A stretch of 64,000 nt of DNA. Source: an uncultured Desulfosarcina sp. (lineage in GTDB: Bacteria; Desulfobacterota; Desulfobacteria; Desulfobacterales; Desulfosarcinaceae). Where the stretch lies: contig CAXXWQ010000004.1 in NCBI GenBank assembly GCA_963674945.2, forward strand, positions 2,848,001 through 2,912,000, in the 5' to 3' direction. The position numbers and the translations under genes were made by a program. The notes beneath the pieces are model-generated. The model saw only the letters and a program-made list of their open reading frames with translations, made no database searches and was not told where the DNA came from. Below, piece by piece: positions 29,125-38,827 of the stretch (position 1 is the stretch's first letter; every line of letters starts with the position of its first letter).

Positions 29125-29557
29125 AATCTTTATTGGATGTCATGTACCGATGCAATGCCTCCTGAACGGCTGCCGCGGCAAGAAACGCACAGTGCTGCTC
29201 TTCTTCGGGAAGTTGGCCGAGTCTTTCCAAGACGGCCTCGCCGGTGATGTCCGTCAGCTCATCGGGTGTCTTTCCGTGGGCCATCTCGGCGGCAAAAGAG
29301 CCGCAGACCGTGCTGGAACCACACCCGTCGGTACGATAGGCCGCGTCTACAACCCGGCCGTTTTCGAATTTAAGGAAAATTTCCATGGTGTCCCCGCAAC
29401 TCCCCTTGACCCGGGAGTGTGAATCCGCATCGGCCAGGGGGCCACGGTACATAGGGTTGCGCCAGCGTTCGAAACCGGCATCACCATAGGCCTGGCGCGT
29501 CTCCTCGAAAATCTGTTCCTGTAACTTGTCTACGAATGCATCGAAATTGTCACCCAT
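29123..29557 (-). CDS. NifU/IscU-like Fe-S scaffold protein
   Basis: GSCGDTM, TDGCGSSTVC, HCAFLA. Confidence 0.85.
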   Translation of the reverse strand: MGDNFDAFVDKLQEQIFEETRQAYGDAGFERWRNPMYRGPLADADSHSRVKGSCGDTMEIFLKFENGRVVDAAYRTDGCGSSTVCGSFAAEMAHGKTPDELTDITGEAVLERLGQLPEEEQHCAFLAAAAVQEALHRYMTSNKD

Positions 29558-29578
29558 CGTAATTCTATCTTTCCCTTG

Positions 29579-30220
29579 CTATCCAAACTCTTTCATTTTC
29601 GACTCGATTTGGGCCAACTGCCGTTTCAGGTCTTCTGCCTGTCTGCGCAACAGGTCAAGCTGCTCTTTTGGGTCCGCCGGGGAGGCACTGCCTCCCAAAT
29701 CCGCAGTCGCCGAATTGGAATAGCACCCCCCCATACCTCTGCCGCCCCCCATGCCTCTGCCGCCACCCATGCCTCTGCCGCCACCCATGCCTCTGCCGCA
29801 GCCCATGCCTCTGCCGCCACCCATGCCCGGTTGAAAGCCGCCTTGCATGGATGGGGTTGCCGTTCCTGATTTTCCGGGAACGTTACCCTGGGTGGATGCC
29901 TGAAGTTTTCCCTCTTTGAACCGCGCGACGGCATCTTTGACACTGCCGTATTGTCCCAGGATGACATCGATGTTGGTTTCGGCAAACACCTGCATGGCCT
30001 TGGGACCGCAATTTCCGGTGATGACCGCGGCCACATCCTTGGATGCCACGAAACTGGCGGATTGAATGCCGGCACTGGATGACAACTCGGCATTGGTGTT
30101 TTCAAAGGCTTCGTAACGCATATCCGTGGTATCGACGATAATGAAATATCGGCATCGGCCAAACCGTTCGTCGATGGTGGATTCGAGACTGTTTCCCGTT
30201 GCACTTACTGCGATTTTCAT
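29579..30220 (-). CDS. NifB/NifX-family (Orange protein-like) protein with Gly-rich tail
   Basis: KIAV, RFGRC.YF, ITGNCGPKA; (GGGRGM)n repeat and coiled-coil end. Confidence 0.85.
   Translation of the reverse strand: MKIAVSATGNSLESTIDERFGRCRYFIIVDTTDMRYEAFENTNAELSSSAGIQSASFVASKDVAAVITGNCGPKAMQVFAETNIDVILGQYGSVKDAVARFKEGKLQASTQGNVPGKSGTATPSMQGGFQPGMGGGRGMGCGRGMGGGRGMGGGRGMGGGRGMGGCYSNSATADLGGSASPADPKEQLDLLRRQAEDLKRQLAQIESKMKEFG
29730..29827. repeat. 18-bp coding tandem repeat, about 5.4 units
   Basis: Unit CCCATGCCTCTGCCGCCA encodes GGGRGM on the minus strand. Confidence 0.9.
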
Positions 30221-30255
30221 GTGTGTCTCCTTATGTTTGGTTACCCCTTGATCAA

Positions 30256-31104
30256 TTATGTGTTATGTGTCAAATCGATGATTTTTTGTGAGATATCGAG
30301 AAACGCCCGGCTCACCGGCGTGTCGGCATGTTGGCTCCGATAGGAGATGCCCGCGTCGCCGCATTTGACCAATTTGGGATCGAATGGAATCTGTCCCAGC
30401 AACGCAAGCCCCGTTGAAAGAGCTGTTCGCTCTCCGCCTCCGGATCCGAAAAAATCGATGCGTTCGCCGCATTGGGGGCAGGTAAAACCGCTCATATTTT
30501 CCACCAAACCGAGGATTTTCATTTTCATTGTTTTACAAAAATTGATCGATTTTCTCACATCTGCCAGGGCCACTTCCTGGGGCGTCGTCACGACGATGGC
30601 ATATGCATCTTTGATCAATTGTGCGACGGTCAAGGGTTCGTCTCCTGTACCCGGCGGGGAATCGATGATCAAGAAATCCAGATCTCCCCAATTCACTTCT
30701 CCAATGAACTGGCGTATGGCACCGTGTTTGACGGGACCTCGCCAGATGATGGCATCGTCCTTGTTTTTCATGAGTGATTCGATGGAGACGGCCACCAGGT
30801 TCTCGGAATAGCGCAAAGGAACGATCTTTTTCTTTTGGGCGTCTCCCTCCAGCATTCCCATAAGACCGAGCATCCTCGGGATATCGGGTCCATGAACGTC
30901 CACATCCATCAATCCAACCGTAAACCCTTTTTCCGCCAGGGCAATGGCCAGGTTTACCGAGACGCTGGATTTACCGACCCCTCCTTTTCCGCTCATGACC
31001 ATGATCTTGTGTTTGATTCGGGCCAGAGACTGCTGGGCCAATTCGTCCGGACTTGGCCCCGGTGGCTTGTCAGAGATGCCAATTCCATCGGGTTTTTTCT
31101 TCAT
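30256..31104 (-). CDS. Mrp/NBP35 Fe-S carrier ATPase
   Basis: SGKGGVGKS, DVDVHGP, IWRGP, DSPPGTGD, ENMSGFTCPQC. Confidence 0.9.
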   Translation of the reverse strand: MKKKPDGIGISDKPPGPSPDELAQQSLARIKHKIMVMSGKGGVGKSSVSVNLAIALAEKGFTVGLMDVDVHGPDIPRMLGLMGMLEGDAQKKKIVPLRYSENLVAVSIESLMKNKDDAIIWRGPVKHGAIRQFIGEVNWGDLDFLIIDSPPGTGDEPLTVAQLIKDAYAIVVTTPQEVALADVRKSINFCKTMKMKILGLVENMSGFTCPQCGERIDFFGSGGGERTALSTGLALLGQIPFDPKLVKCGDAGISYRSQHADTPVSRAFLDISQKIIDLTHNT

Positions 31105-31124
31105 TTTCTTGCCTCGGGTTTCAA

Positions 31125-31511
31125 TTATCTTCCGACTTTCGGCGCAAGGCCGAGAATTCGATTCAGATGGTCCATCAACCGCATACCATCGGCTGGTTCC
31201 GGATTGGGTGGAAGCTGCATCAAGAGCCCCAATCCTTCGGTAGCCTCGTGATAGTCTTCTTTCGATAGCGGGCTGACCAATGCGCAATTGATCAGCGGGT
31301 TTGCCGCCACCAGTCGTTTGGTAAAAGAGAGGCCGTCCATGTCGCCAAGGTTTTCATCCACCACAACAAGATCGACGGCGTTATTTGCGATGGCAGCCAG
31401 CGCCTGATCACCGGAATCCGCCCAGCTGATGGTTGCCCCCGTGGATTCCATGGCGGGGGGCAGATTTGCTAAACGAGATCTGTCGGCGGCGGCGAGAAGG
31501 ATTTGCGTCAT
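31125..31511 (-). CDS. Stand-alone receiver-domain protein (atypical)
   Basis: DLVVVDENLGDMDGL; no conserved KP lysine. Confidence 0.7.
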   Translation of the reverse strand: MTQILLAAADRSRLANLPPAMESTGATISWADSGDQALAAIANNAVDLVVVDENLGDMDGLSFTKRLVAANPLINCALVSPLSKEDYHEATEGLGLLMQLPPNPEPADGMRLMDHLNRILGLAPKVGR

Positions 31512-31547
31512 TGGTTTGTTTCTCCTTTTGAACGTCTGTGTTTTTCC

Positions 31548-31913
31548 TCAAAACGATGAGTGGGTCCCGGTCGTGACATTTTTACAGCCAGGCATGCTGA
31601 AGGTGGGGGAGAGGGCATCACCCTTGGCATATGCGCCCATCACCTGATCCACCTCTCCTGCGATAAATGGGATAAGCGTAATTCCGGCATCGGTCATAAG
31701 GGTTGCCGGAACCTGGGAAATCGCACCGCAAATCAGCACATGCACATCCATTCCGGAAAGGGTTTTGGCCAAATGCGTCGGCTCCCCGGGATCAAAGGCC
31801 ATGTAAGACCGGTTCGCGATCTGTCCACTTCGTATCTCCGCAACCAAAAGACGCCGCGATGCATCGAATACCGGTGAAATTCGTTCTTCCCAAACGGTGA
31901 CAGCGACCTTCAT
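31548..31913 (-). CDS. NifB/NifX-family protein
   Basis: KVAVTVWEERISPVFD, LICGAIS, MPGC. Confidence 0.8.
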   Translation of the reverse strand: MKVAVTVWEERISPVFDASRRLLVAEIRSGQIANRSYMAFDPGEPTHLAKTLSGMDVHVLICGAISQVPATLMTDAGITLIPFIAGEVDQVMGAYAKGDALSPTFSMPGCKNVTTGTHSSF

Positions 31914-31980
31914 TGTATCTCCCGAATCTTCAGTTATCCGGCGTTGGGACGACCTTGCTCTTTCAGACAGATGCAGATAT

Positions 31981-31996
31981 TGCGAACCATGTGCCA
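31981..31996 (-). promoter_or_regulatory. sigma54 -24/-12 promoter
   Basis: TGGCACATGGTTCGCA (GG-N10-GC). Confidence 0.75.
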
Positions 31997-32156
31997 GTCC
32001 GACCAGCAACCTGTGAATTAAACAATATCTTTTAAATTCAGGTTGTTGTAATGAAAACCGATCCACTGCGCGAATGCTGGAAAGACAAAGGGTCGCGTAT
32101 TTGCGTCGGTCTTCGCCAGATGAATCGCGACACTGCATATCTTAACCTGTGCCCTG

Positions 32157-33554
32157 TCATTCCGAAAGCGATGATTGCCGTTTCTTCGCAGACCGACCGT
32201 CGGTTTGGGGAAGGACGATTCCCAACTTCTTAATTTTTCGAAAGAGCGTACTCTTGTGCATGCCCAACGCTTTTGCCGTGGCCAGGCGATTGTAACGATG
32301 GCGTTTGAGGGCATTGGTGATGGCGATGGCTTCCGTGGAATCGAGTGTGTGCGCCAGCGAATCCTGGTCTTTCGGTGGCGCACACACCCCGGAAAATCCC
32401 TCGGGCAGGTGGCGGGTACAGATGGTGCCGGAAGGGCAAAGCACGAAAGCATGCTCGATGATATTCTCCAGTTCTCGAATATTACCGGGATAGTCGTGAC
32501 ACATGAGGATTCTAAGAACATCATCCTCCACCCCGGTAATCATCTTTTTCCGCATCATGTTCATTTTTTCGATGAAGTGCCCGATCAGCAATGGAACATC
32601 CTCTTTTCGCTCCCGCAACGGGGGCAGCGTAAGACGAACCACATTGATACGATAGAAAAGATCCTGTCGAAAGTTTCCCTTTGCCACCTGATCGGAGAGA
32701 TTTTTATTGGTGGCCGCTATTACGCGAACATCGGTCTTTTCTTTTTTTACCGCCCCCAATGGTGTAAATGCCTGCTCTTCCAGGACGCGTAGCAGCTTCA
32801 CCTGAAAGGCAGAGGTGGTGTCTCCAATCTCATCCAGCAAGATGGTTCCCCCGTGGACAACGGAAAAATAGCCAAGCTTGTCTTTTACGGCATTGGTGAA
32901 GGCGCCGGATTTGTATCCAAACAATTCGGACTCCAGCAAGGTATCCGGAAGAGCACCGCAGTTGATGGCCACGAAGGGCTTCTCTTTTCGCGGACTGGCT
33001 TCGTGTATGGCCCTGGCCAACAGTTCCTTTCCCGTTCCGGTCTCGCCCTCCAGCAGTATCGTGCTGCCGCTTTCGGCCACCATGGGCAAAATGGCAAGAA
33101 TGTCCCCCATGGCTTCACTGCGGCTGACGATGTCCCCGATTTGGAATCGACCGTCCAGCCGTTTGCGAAGCGCTTCCTCCAGACTTCGGTCCTGAAAGGT
33201 CTCCACGCCTCCCAGAACCTCTCCGCCTCTACCGATTAAAGGAGCCGTTGAAACGGAGATGGGAATCCGCTTCCGATCGCTGGTGATGATGTGGGTGTCA
33301 CTGCTCGTAAAGGAGGAGCCCTCCTTCATGGTCCGCTTCAAGGCGCAGTCGGATTCGCACATATTGGACCGAAACACCTCCCAGCAATGCCGGCCGATGG
33401 CCTCCTCCCGGTCGATTCCCGTGATCCGCTCGGCCGCACGGTTAAAGGACATGATCCGCCAGTGGTGATCGACCGTAAACACTCCATCGGAGATACTTTC
33501 CAAGATGATCTCTGTGACATTTTCCGGAATCGGGGCGCGTTTTCGTCTCATCAT
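32157..33554 (-). CDS. sigma54-dependent activator, OrpR-like (start uncertain, up to 33602)
   Basis: PAS with CWEVFRSNMCESDC; GETGTGKE; GAFTNA; HTH; lies within an ORP-type cluster. Confidence 0.85.
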   Translation of the reverse strand: MMRRKRAPIPENVTEIILESISDGVFTVDHHWRIMSFNRAAERITGIDREEAIGRHCWEVFRSNMCESDCALKRTMKEGSSFTSSDTHIITSDRKRIPISVSTAPLIGRGGEVLGGVETFQDRSLEEALRKRLDGRFQIGDIVSRSEAMGDILAILPMVAESGSTILLEGETGTGKELLARAIHEASPRKEKPFVAINCGALPDTLLESELFGYKSGAFTNAVKDKLGYFSVVHGGTILLDEIGDTTSAFQVKLLRVLEEQAFTPLGAVKKEKTDVRVIAATNKNLSDQVAKGNFRQDLFYRINVVRLTLPPLRERKEDVPLLIGHFIEKMNMMRKKMITGVEDDVLRILMCHDYPGNIRELENIIEHAFVLCPSGTICTRHLPEGFSGVCAPPKDQDSLAHTLDSTEAIAITNALKRHRYNRLATAKALGMHKSTLFRKIKKLGIVLPQTDGRSAKKRQSSLSE

Positions 33555-33742
33555 TGCGACAGTGGTCGTTGTATACAGTTTTATGGATACGGTTCGATCC
33601 ATCCCCGAGGGACGCGAACCATTTTTGAGAATATACCCTATTTTGATAAATCATTCCAGAGGGAGTTAAAGCGGTGTCGGATAGGTATAACGGGAGAAGC
33701 CGATATACGCCTCTGTAGTATATCGGCTGGGACCGCCGGCTG

Positions 33743-34144
33743 TTATCCGCAAGGATTATCAATATTGGAATGGTTGCCCGCTGTTACCAAGTGCAGACGG
33801 CATTTTTTTCTTCGCCATCGGTCGAAGGACGCCAGGTGCTCCAGAAGATCCAGGCACTCCATGCGGAGCATTCGGACTTGATAGATGTTCGAGGGCAAGA
33901 TGCGCGTCTTGAAGAAATGGAAGATACTTTTTTTTCCGCAGGGGTCCAGAATGTTCAGAAGGTGGATCAGTCTTTCCACCGTGGGAAAGTAGTCGTTGAT
34001 ATCGATGGGTGTCGAGACCACCTTGTCCGCCAAGGATTTCAGCTCCCGATACGCCTCGTATTGGTCCGTGACGGCGTTCTGGGTTGCCTTCAACGTTGCG
34101 TCCCAGCGTGTTTTCAATTCGGATAGGGTCACATGATCGTCCAT
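33743..34144 (-). CDS. Hypothetical protein
   Basis: 133-aa ORF with GAGG RBS. Confidence 0.6.
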   Translation of the reverse strand: MDDHVTLSELKTRWDATLKATQNAVTDQYEAYRELKSLADKVVSTPIDINDYFPTVERLIHLLNILDPCGKKSIFHFFKTRILPSNIYQVRMLRMECLDLLEHLASFDRWRRKKCRLHLVTAGNHSNIDNPCG

Positions 34145-34487
34145 GCTATCCTCTTTACCGAAAAATGCCGATCATCGCAAACGCTGATAGGGCCTGCCGC
34201 CAAAAGGGTCCAACGGAGAAGACCCTCAAAGCGGCAGACCTGTGGTCGGCAGCACGGTTTTTCAGGTCCGCTACCCCAGACGAACCCGACCCCCGCAATG
34301 CCTTTCAACAACGAAAAAGCGTTTCCAGGCCAAGCTACGATATGGCAAGGAACGAATTTTTCAATTTTTACCGATAGCCAAAAGGGGGAACCGCTTTTTG
34401 TGAAAAAATTCTTTATTGATTCGTTCCTTATGGTGTCTGTCCAGAAACAGGCAAAATTGGTCCTTTCTGGATGGGCACTGTCTATCC

Positions 34488-35810
34488 TTACATGGCCGTT
34501 TCCGGATGAAACACATTCACCTCTTTCAGATCATCACCCAGATATTCCCTCTCGTTGGGCCCCAATATACCCAAAGAGAGACAGATGAGGGTCCACAGGT
34601 GAACCACCGGATATCCGCCGCCGTAATGTTCGCTCAGCTCGTGAATCTGGGCGTGGCAGTTGTGGCAGGCGGCGATGCAATAATCGGCGCCTGTGGCCTT
34701 GATTTGCTGATCCTTGATCATGCCGTACTTGAGTCGCTGTTCCTTGAATCCGGATTGCAGGAAACCGCCGCCCCCCCCACAGCAGAAATTATTGGATCGG
34801 TTGGGCTGCATGTCGATAAAATTTTCCTCACCGACGATCGATTTGACCACGAAGCGAAGATCATCAGCAACGGGGTCCCCATAGCTTTTCCGAACGATCT
34901 GGCAAGGATCCTGAACCGTGAACTTGATCTTCAGGTCTTTGTTCCAGTCCGAATTAACCTTGAGTTTACCTTCACGGATCCATTTTGCATAATATTCGTA
35001 TATGCTTTTTACTTCGAAGTTGTGCTCGAGATTGAATTTTTTCAGTCCGGCCCGGACTGAGAAGGTCACGTGCCCTCACTCGGTGTTGAGAAAGGTCTTC
35101 ACCCCCAATTTATTGGCCTGGTTGACCGTCGTCCGTGTGACATGCTCCCAGGCGTCGTCGTCGGCCAGAAACATGCAGTAGTTTTCTCCGGCCCATCCCT
35201 CACTGCCATAGGTCCAGTCCACACCGGCCACATGCAGGATCTTCCAAAGCGGGACAAGCTCATCGGGCTCGGTCACCGGCTCCCTGGAATTTTGGTTCAG
35301 AAAAAACTCGGCGCCCTGTTTGTCGATGGGAGCCTTCATATCGGCAAATTCCGGTTGCGCCTCCTGGTACTCTTCCAGGACGTCTTCGACGACGAAGACG
35401 AAATCATCCGGTGATGTTCCCATGGCGCTCCCGCTGGCGTTTCGAAGGGCCATATCGCAGGATCCCAAAATTCCCTTGGGGCGTTCCTCTCTGGGTCGCA
35501 GGGCTCTGGCGTTGTAAATTAGCTGGGGAATGTCGATTTTCATGGGACAAACGTAAATGCATCGCTGGCACATGGTGCACATCCACGGCCAGTTCGACTT
35601 GGCGATCTCGTCATCCAGGCCCAATGCCGCCATGCGTAAGAACTTGCGCGGATCCATCTCATCCAGCCCCGTTGCCGGGCAACCGGACGAACATGCACCG
35701 CAGGTCAGGCAAAGATTCAAATTGCCTCCGTCGGGCAGTATCTCCTTGACCTTTTCCATAAAGGTACTTTTTTTCATTGTACCGCCCAATTGAATGAGCT
35801 CACCAGTCAT
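34488..35810 (-). CDS. HdrD/GlpC-like Fe-S oxidoreductase; Sec at TGA 35076-35078 (440 aa)
   Basis: CLTCGACSSGCP, CTMCQRCIYVCP, NTE-TGA-GH (ECGH motif), QDPC, CCGGGGG, CHNC; halves in frame; SECIS-like hairpin. Confidence 0.88.
35042..35060 (-). promoter_or_regulatory. SECIS-like hairpin (HdrD-like gene)
   Basis: TCAGTCCG-GGC-CGGACTGA, 15 nt after the UGA. Confidence 0.8.
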
Positions 35811-35933
35811 TGATTTCGCCTCCTGTTTTGTTGTTTGTATCGTTATAAGATTCTTACGGAGAAACGATTTGAGGGCATAACGACCGGCTCGTGTATCGAC
35901 CTTTGGCCGCAGTATCCCAAAGAGGAATATAGC

Positions 35934-35949
35934 AGCACAAAACGTGCCT
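35934..35949 (-). promoter_or_regulatory. sigma54 -24/-12 promoter
   Basis: AGGCACGTTTTGTGCT (GG-N10-GC) upstream of the HdrD-like gene. Confidence 0.65.
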
Positions 35950-36225
35950 TTTCAAACGGACTGCCGATTTTAGAATTACCTCATCATTTCAAATTGTTGA
36001 GCCAAACCCGAATTCAGATCAGATCAAACTGTGTCGCATTCATGCAACCCTGTATACACTGCCAGATTCTGATTTTGCGACTCTTTGAGATCTCTTTTCA
36101 CGGACGATCGGTTTGCCCGAGGTCTGTTTTGGATGAAAAATTCCCTTGACGTTTTCTGAGACGATGCTTAATAATCATTTGCGCATAAAAACGCGACCCG
36201 AAACGAATTGATAAAGGCAAAAATC

Positions 36226-37080
36226 ATGATCGTAAGTATCGCCAGCGGGAAAGGTGGCACAGGAAAGACCACAGTCGCAACCAATCTGGCCGTTTCCATC
36301 GACGGACCGGTACAATTGCTGGACTGTGACGTCGAAGAGCCCAACGCCCACCTGTTTTTGCGACCGACCATCGAAAAAACCCGGACCGTTACCACGCCGG
36401 TTCCCGACATCGACCTGAAAAAATGTGACCAATGTAAAAAATGCATGGAGATCTGCCGGTTCAAGGCCATCGCCGTCGTCGGAGAGATGGTGCTCACTTT
36501 CCCCGAGCTCTGTCACAGCTGCGGTGGTTGCATGGCGATCTGTCCCAACGGGGCCATCACGGAAACGGGAAGGGAGCTGGGCGTTTTGGAAACCGGCGCA
36601 GCCAACGGTGTTCGCTTTGTGCACGGACGAATACGTGTGGGCGAAGCCATGGCCCCGCCGCTCATCCGGGAAGTCCGCCAGTGCATCCATGATGATGGGT
36701 TGACGCTGATCGATGCTCCGCCGGGTACATCCTGTCCGGTAATCGCCGCCATGAAGGATACGGATTTCGTCCTGCTGGTCACCGAGCCGACCCCTTTTGG
36801 TCTGCATGATCTGAAACTGGCCGTTGAGGCGGTCAAGATCCTGAAGATCCCCATGGGGCTGGTCATCAATCGCAGTGACATGGGAGACGATGCGGTCCAA
36901 GAGTACGCCAAGGCCGAGGGCATACCCATTTTGATGGAGATTCCTTTCATTCGGCAGATTGCCGAATGCTACTCCCGCGGAGAACTCTTCGCGTTGGTCA
37001 TTCCCCAATGGAAGAACCGTTTTCGTCGACTGGCGGAGCAGATCGCATCCTTGTCCGGAAAGGGGACGGGAGAACAATGA
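36226..37080 (+). CDS. MinD/ParA-type P-loop ATPase with ferredoxin insert
   Basis: SGKGGTGKT, DCDVEEPN, CDQCKKC..C, CHSCGGC..CP, PPGTSCP. Confidence 0.88.
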   Translation: MIVSIASGKGGTGKTTVATNLAVSIDGPVQLLDCDVEEPNAHLFLRPTIEKTRTVTTPVPDIDLKKCDQCKKCMEICRFKAIAVVGEMVLTFPELCHSCGGCMAICPNGAITETGRELGVLETGAANGVRFVHGRIRVGEAMAPPLIREVRQCIHDDGLTLIDAPPGTSCPVIAAMKDTDFVLLVTEPTPFGLHDLKLAVEAVKILKIPMGLVINRSDMGDDAVQEYAKAEGIPILMEIPFIRQIAECYSRGELFALVIPQWKNRFRRLAEQIASLSGKGTGEQ

Positions 37081-37952
37081 AAGAACTGGTAATTTTGAGT
37101 GGAAAAGGGGGAACCGGAAAAACCAGCATCACGGCATCGTTTGCCACACTGATCTCCAATGGCCTGCTTTGCGATGCCGATGTGGATGCGGCCGATCTCC
37201 ATTTACTGATGCAACCCGAGATTCTCGAAACCAACGATTTTCAGGGGGGAGGGATTGCGATCATCGATCCCCAGCGTTGTACCCAATGCGGCACATGCAT
37301 CGATATGTGCCGCTTCTCGGCCATTGGATCGGACTTCGTGGTGGATGACATCGCCTGTGAAGGGTGCGGCGTCTGTGTGGACTTTTGTCCGGAACATGCC
37401 ATCGATTTTCCGGCGAGAACCTGTGGTCAGTGGTTCATCTCCCGAACCCGGTTCGGCCCCATGGTCCATGCCAGGCTGGGAATTGCCGAAGAAAACTCGG
37501 GGAAACTGGTGACCCTGGTCAGGCAAAAGGCCAAACAAATGGCCGAAAAAGAAAACCACGAAATGATCCTCACCGACGGCCCGCCGGGGGTGGGCTGTCC
37601 GGTCATCGCCTCTGTTGGCGGCGCATCGAGTGTGTTGATCGTCACCGAACCGACCGTTTCCGGAATCCATGATATGTCCCGGGCGGTGGAACTGTGCAAA
37701 CATTTCAAGGTTCCGGTCATGATCTGCATCAACAAATTCGATCTGAATACGGAAAACACCGAGGCCATCGAAAAGATGGCAACGGAAAATGAGGTGCCCG
37801 TGGTGGGTCGCATTCCCTTCGACCCCACCTTCACCCGGGCCATGGTGCAGGGAAAGACACTCTTGGAATTCGACGGCAACGCAGCCGCCAGCGATTATAT
37901 TCGTCGCTTGTGGGATGCGGTTATGCAAACACCGGCCATGATGGCCCAATAA
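37077..37952 (+). CDS. Second MinD/ParA-type ATPase with ferredoxin insert
   Basis: SGKGGTGKT, DADVDAADL, two CxxCxxCxxxC motifs, ENSGKLV, DGPPGVGCP; ATGA overlap with the previous gene. Confidence 0.88.
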   Translation: MKELVILSGKGGTGKTSITASFATLISNGLLCDADVDAADLHLLMQPEILETNDFQGGGIAIIDPQRCTQCGTCIDMCRFSAIGSDFVVDDIACEGCGVCVDFCPEHAIDFPARTCGQWFISRTRFGPMVHARLGIAEENSGKLVTLVRQKAKQMAEKENHEMILTDGPPGVGCPVIASVGGASSVLIVTEPTVSGIHDMSRAVELCKHFKVPVMICINKFDLNTENTEAIEKMATENEVPVVGRIPFDPTFTRAMVQGKTLLEFDGNAAASDYIRRLWDAVMQTPAMMAQ

Positions 37953-37982
37953 ATTGATATTATCGTAAAGGAGTATTGAACC

Positions 37983-38369
37983 ATGGAAAATGGAAGAATC
38001 GCCATCCCCTCGATGGCAGACGGCGGCCTCGATGGCAAACGGGCCGGCCACTTCGGCCACTGCGATACCTTTACCTTCGTGGACGTGAAGGACGGTGTCA
38101 TCGACAATGTAACCACCATCGCAAACAGAGAACACGTCCAGGGAGGTTGCATGGTACCGGTCAACTTGCTGGCAGACAACCAGGTCAACGCATTGATCGT
38201 GGGCGGCATCGGCATGCGCCCCCTGATGGGGTTCCGGCAGGTTGGCATCGAAGTCTACCATGACGATCAGCGTCCGGACATTCGTCCGGTTGTCGAGGAT
38301 TTAATCGCCGGGAAACTGGCCATCATCACAGACAATCAGGTTTGTGGAGGCGGTGGCGGTCAATTATAG
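37983..38369 (+). CDS. NifB/NifX-family protein
   Basis: RIAIPS, HFGHC, GGC, GGIGMRP. Confidence 0.85.
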   Translation: MENGRIAIPSMADGGLDGKRAGHFGHCDTFTFVDVKDGVIDNVTTIANREHVQGGCMVPVNLLADNQVNALIVGGIGMRPLMGFRQVGIEVYHDDQRPDIRPVVEDLIAGKLAIITDNQVCGGGGGQL

Positions 38370-38380
38370 GAGGTCACTAC

Positions 38381-38740
38381 ATGAAAATCGCCGTAACATC
38401 CACGGGACAGGATCTGGACTCCCCCATTGATCCCCGCTTCGGCCGGGCCGCATACATTCTCATCGTTGACAGCGACACCATGGCGTACGAGGTGCTGGAC
38501 AACGCCGAAAATGTGAACGCATTCAAGGGCGCCGGTATTCAGGCGGCGACCATGATCAGTGAAAAAAAAGCAGACGTTTTACTGACCGGCTTTTGCGGCC
38601 CCAATGCATTCAAGACGCTCGAGGCGGCAGGGGTAAAGGTGGGCGGAGATGTCAACGGAACCGTTCGACAGGCAGTGATGGATTATAAGGACGGAAAGGT
38701 TCATTTGACTTCCGCCCCGAATACCGAGGGGCACTGGTAA
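38381..38740 (+). CDS. NifB/NifX-family Orange-protein-like protein
   Basis: KIAVTS.G..L.S..DPRFGRA, GAGIQAA, TG.CGPNA, C-terminal GHW. Confidence 0.85.
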   Translation: MKIAVTSTGQDLDSPIDPRFGRAAYILIVDSDTMAYEVLDNAENVNAFKGAGIQAATMISEKKADVLLTGFCGPNAFKTLEAAGVKVGGDVNGTVRQAVMDYKDGKVHLTSAPNTEGHW

Positions 38741-38788
38741 ACTCTCAATCGCGAAGGGGATATGATCTAAATTCATCGAAACGAATTC

Positions 38789-38823
38789 GCCGGAGGGTGT
38801 AACGTTCTGTTTGCGCCCTCCGG
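38789..38823. terminator. Hairpin between convergent genes
   Basis: CCGGAGGGTGTAA ... TTGCGCCCTCCGG. Confidence 0.55.
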
Positions 38824-38827
38824 TTTC

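Noticed and set aside
29730..29827. Possible CRISPR array
   Set aside because: Contiguous 18-bp units without spacers, in frame within a CDS, and no cas genes
28072..38740. NifB/NifX/NifU genes as a nitrogen-fixation cluster
   Set aside because: No nifHDK or nifEN; the composition matches ORP-type clusters
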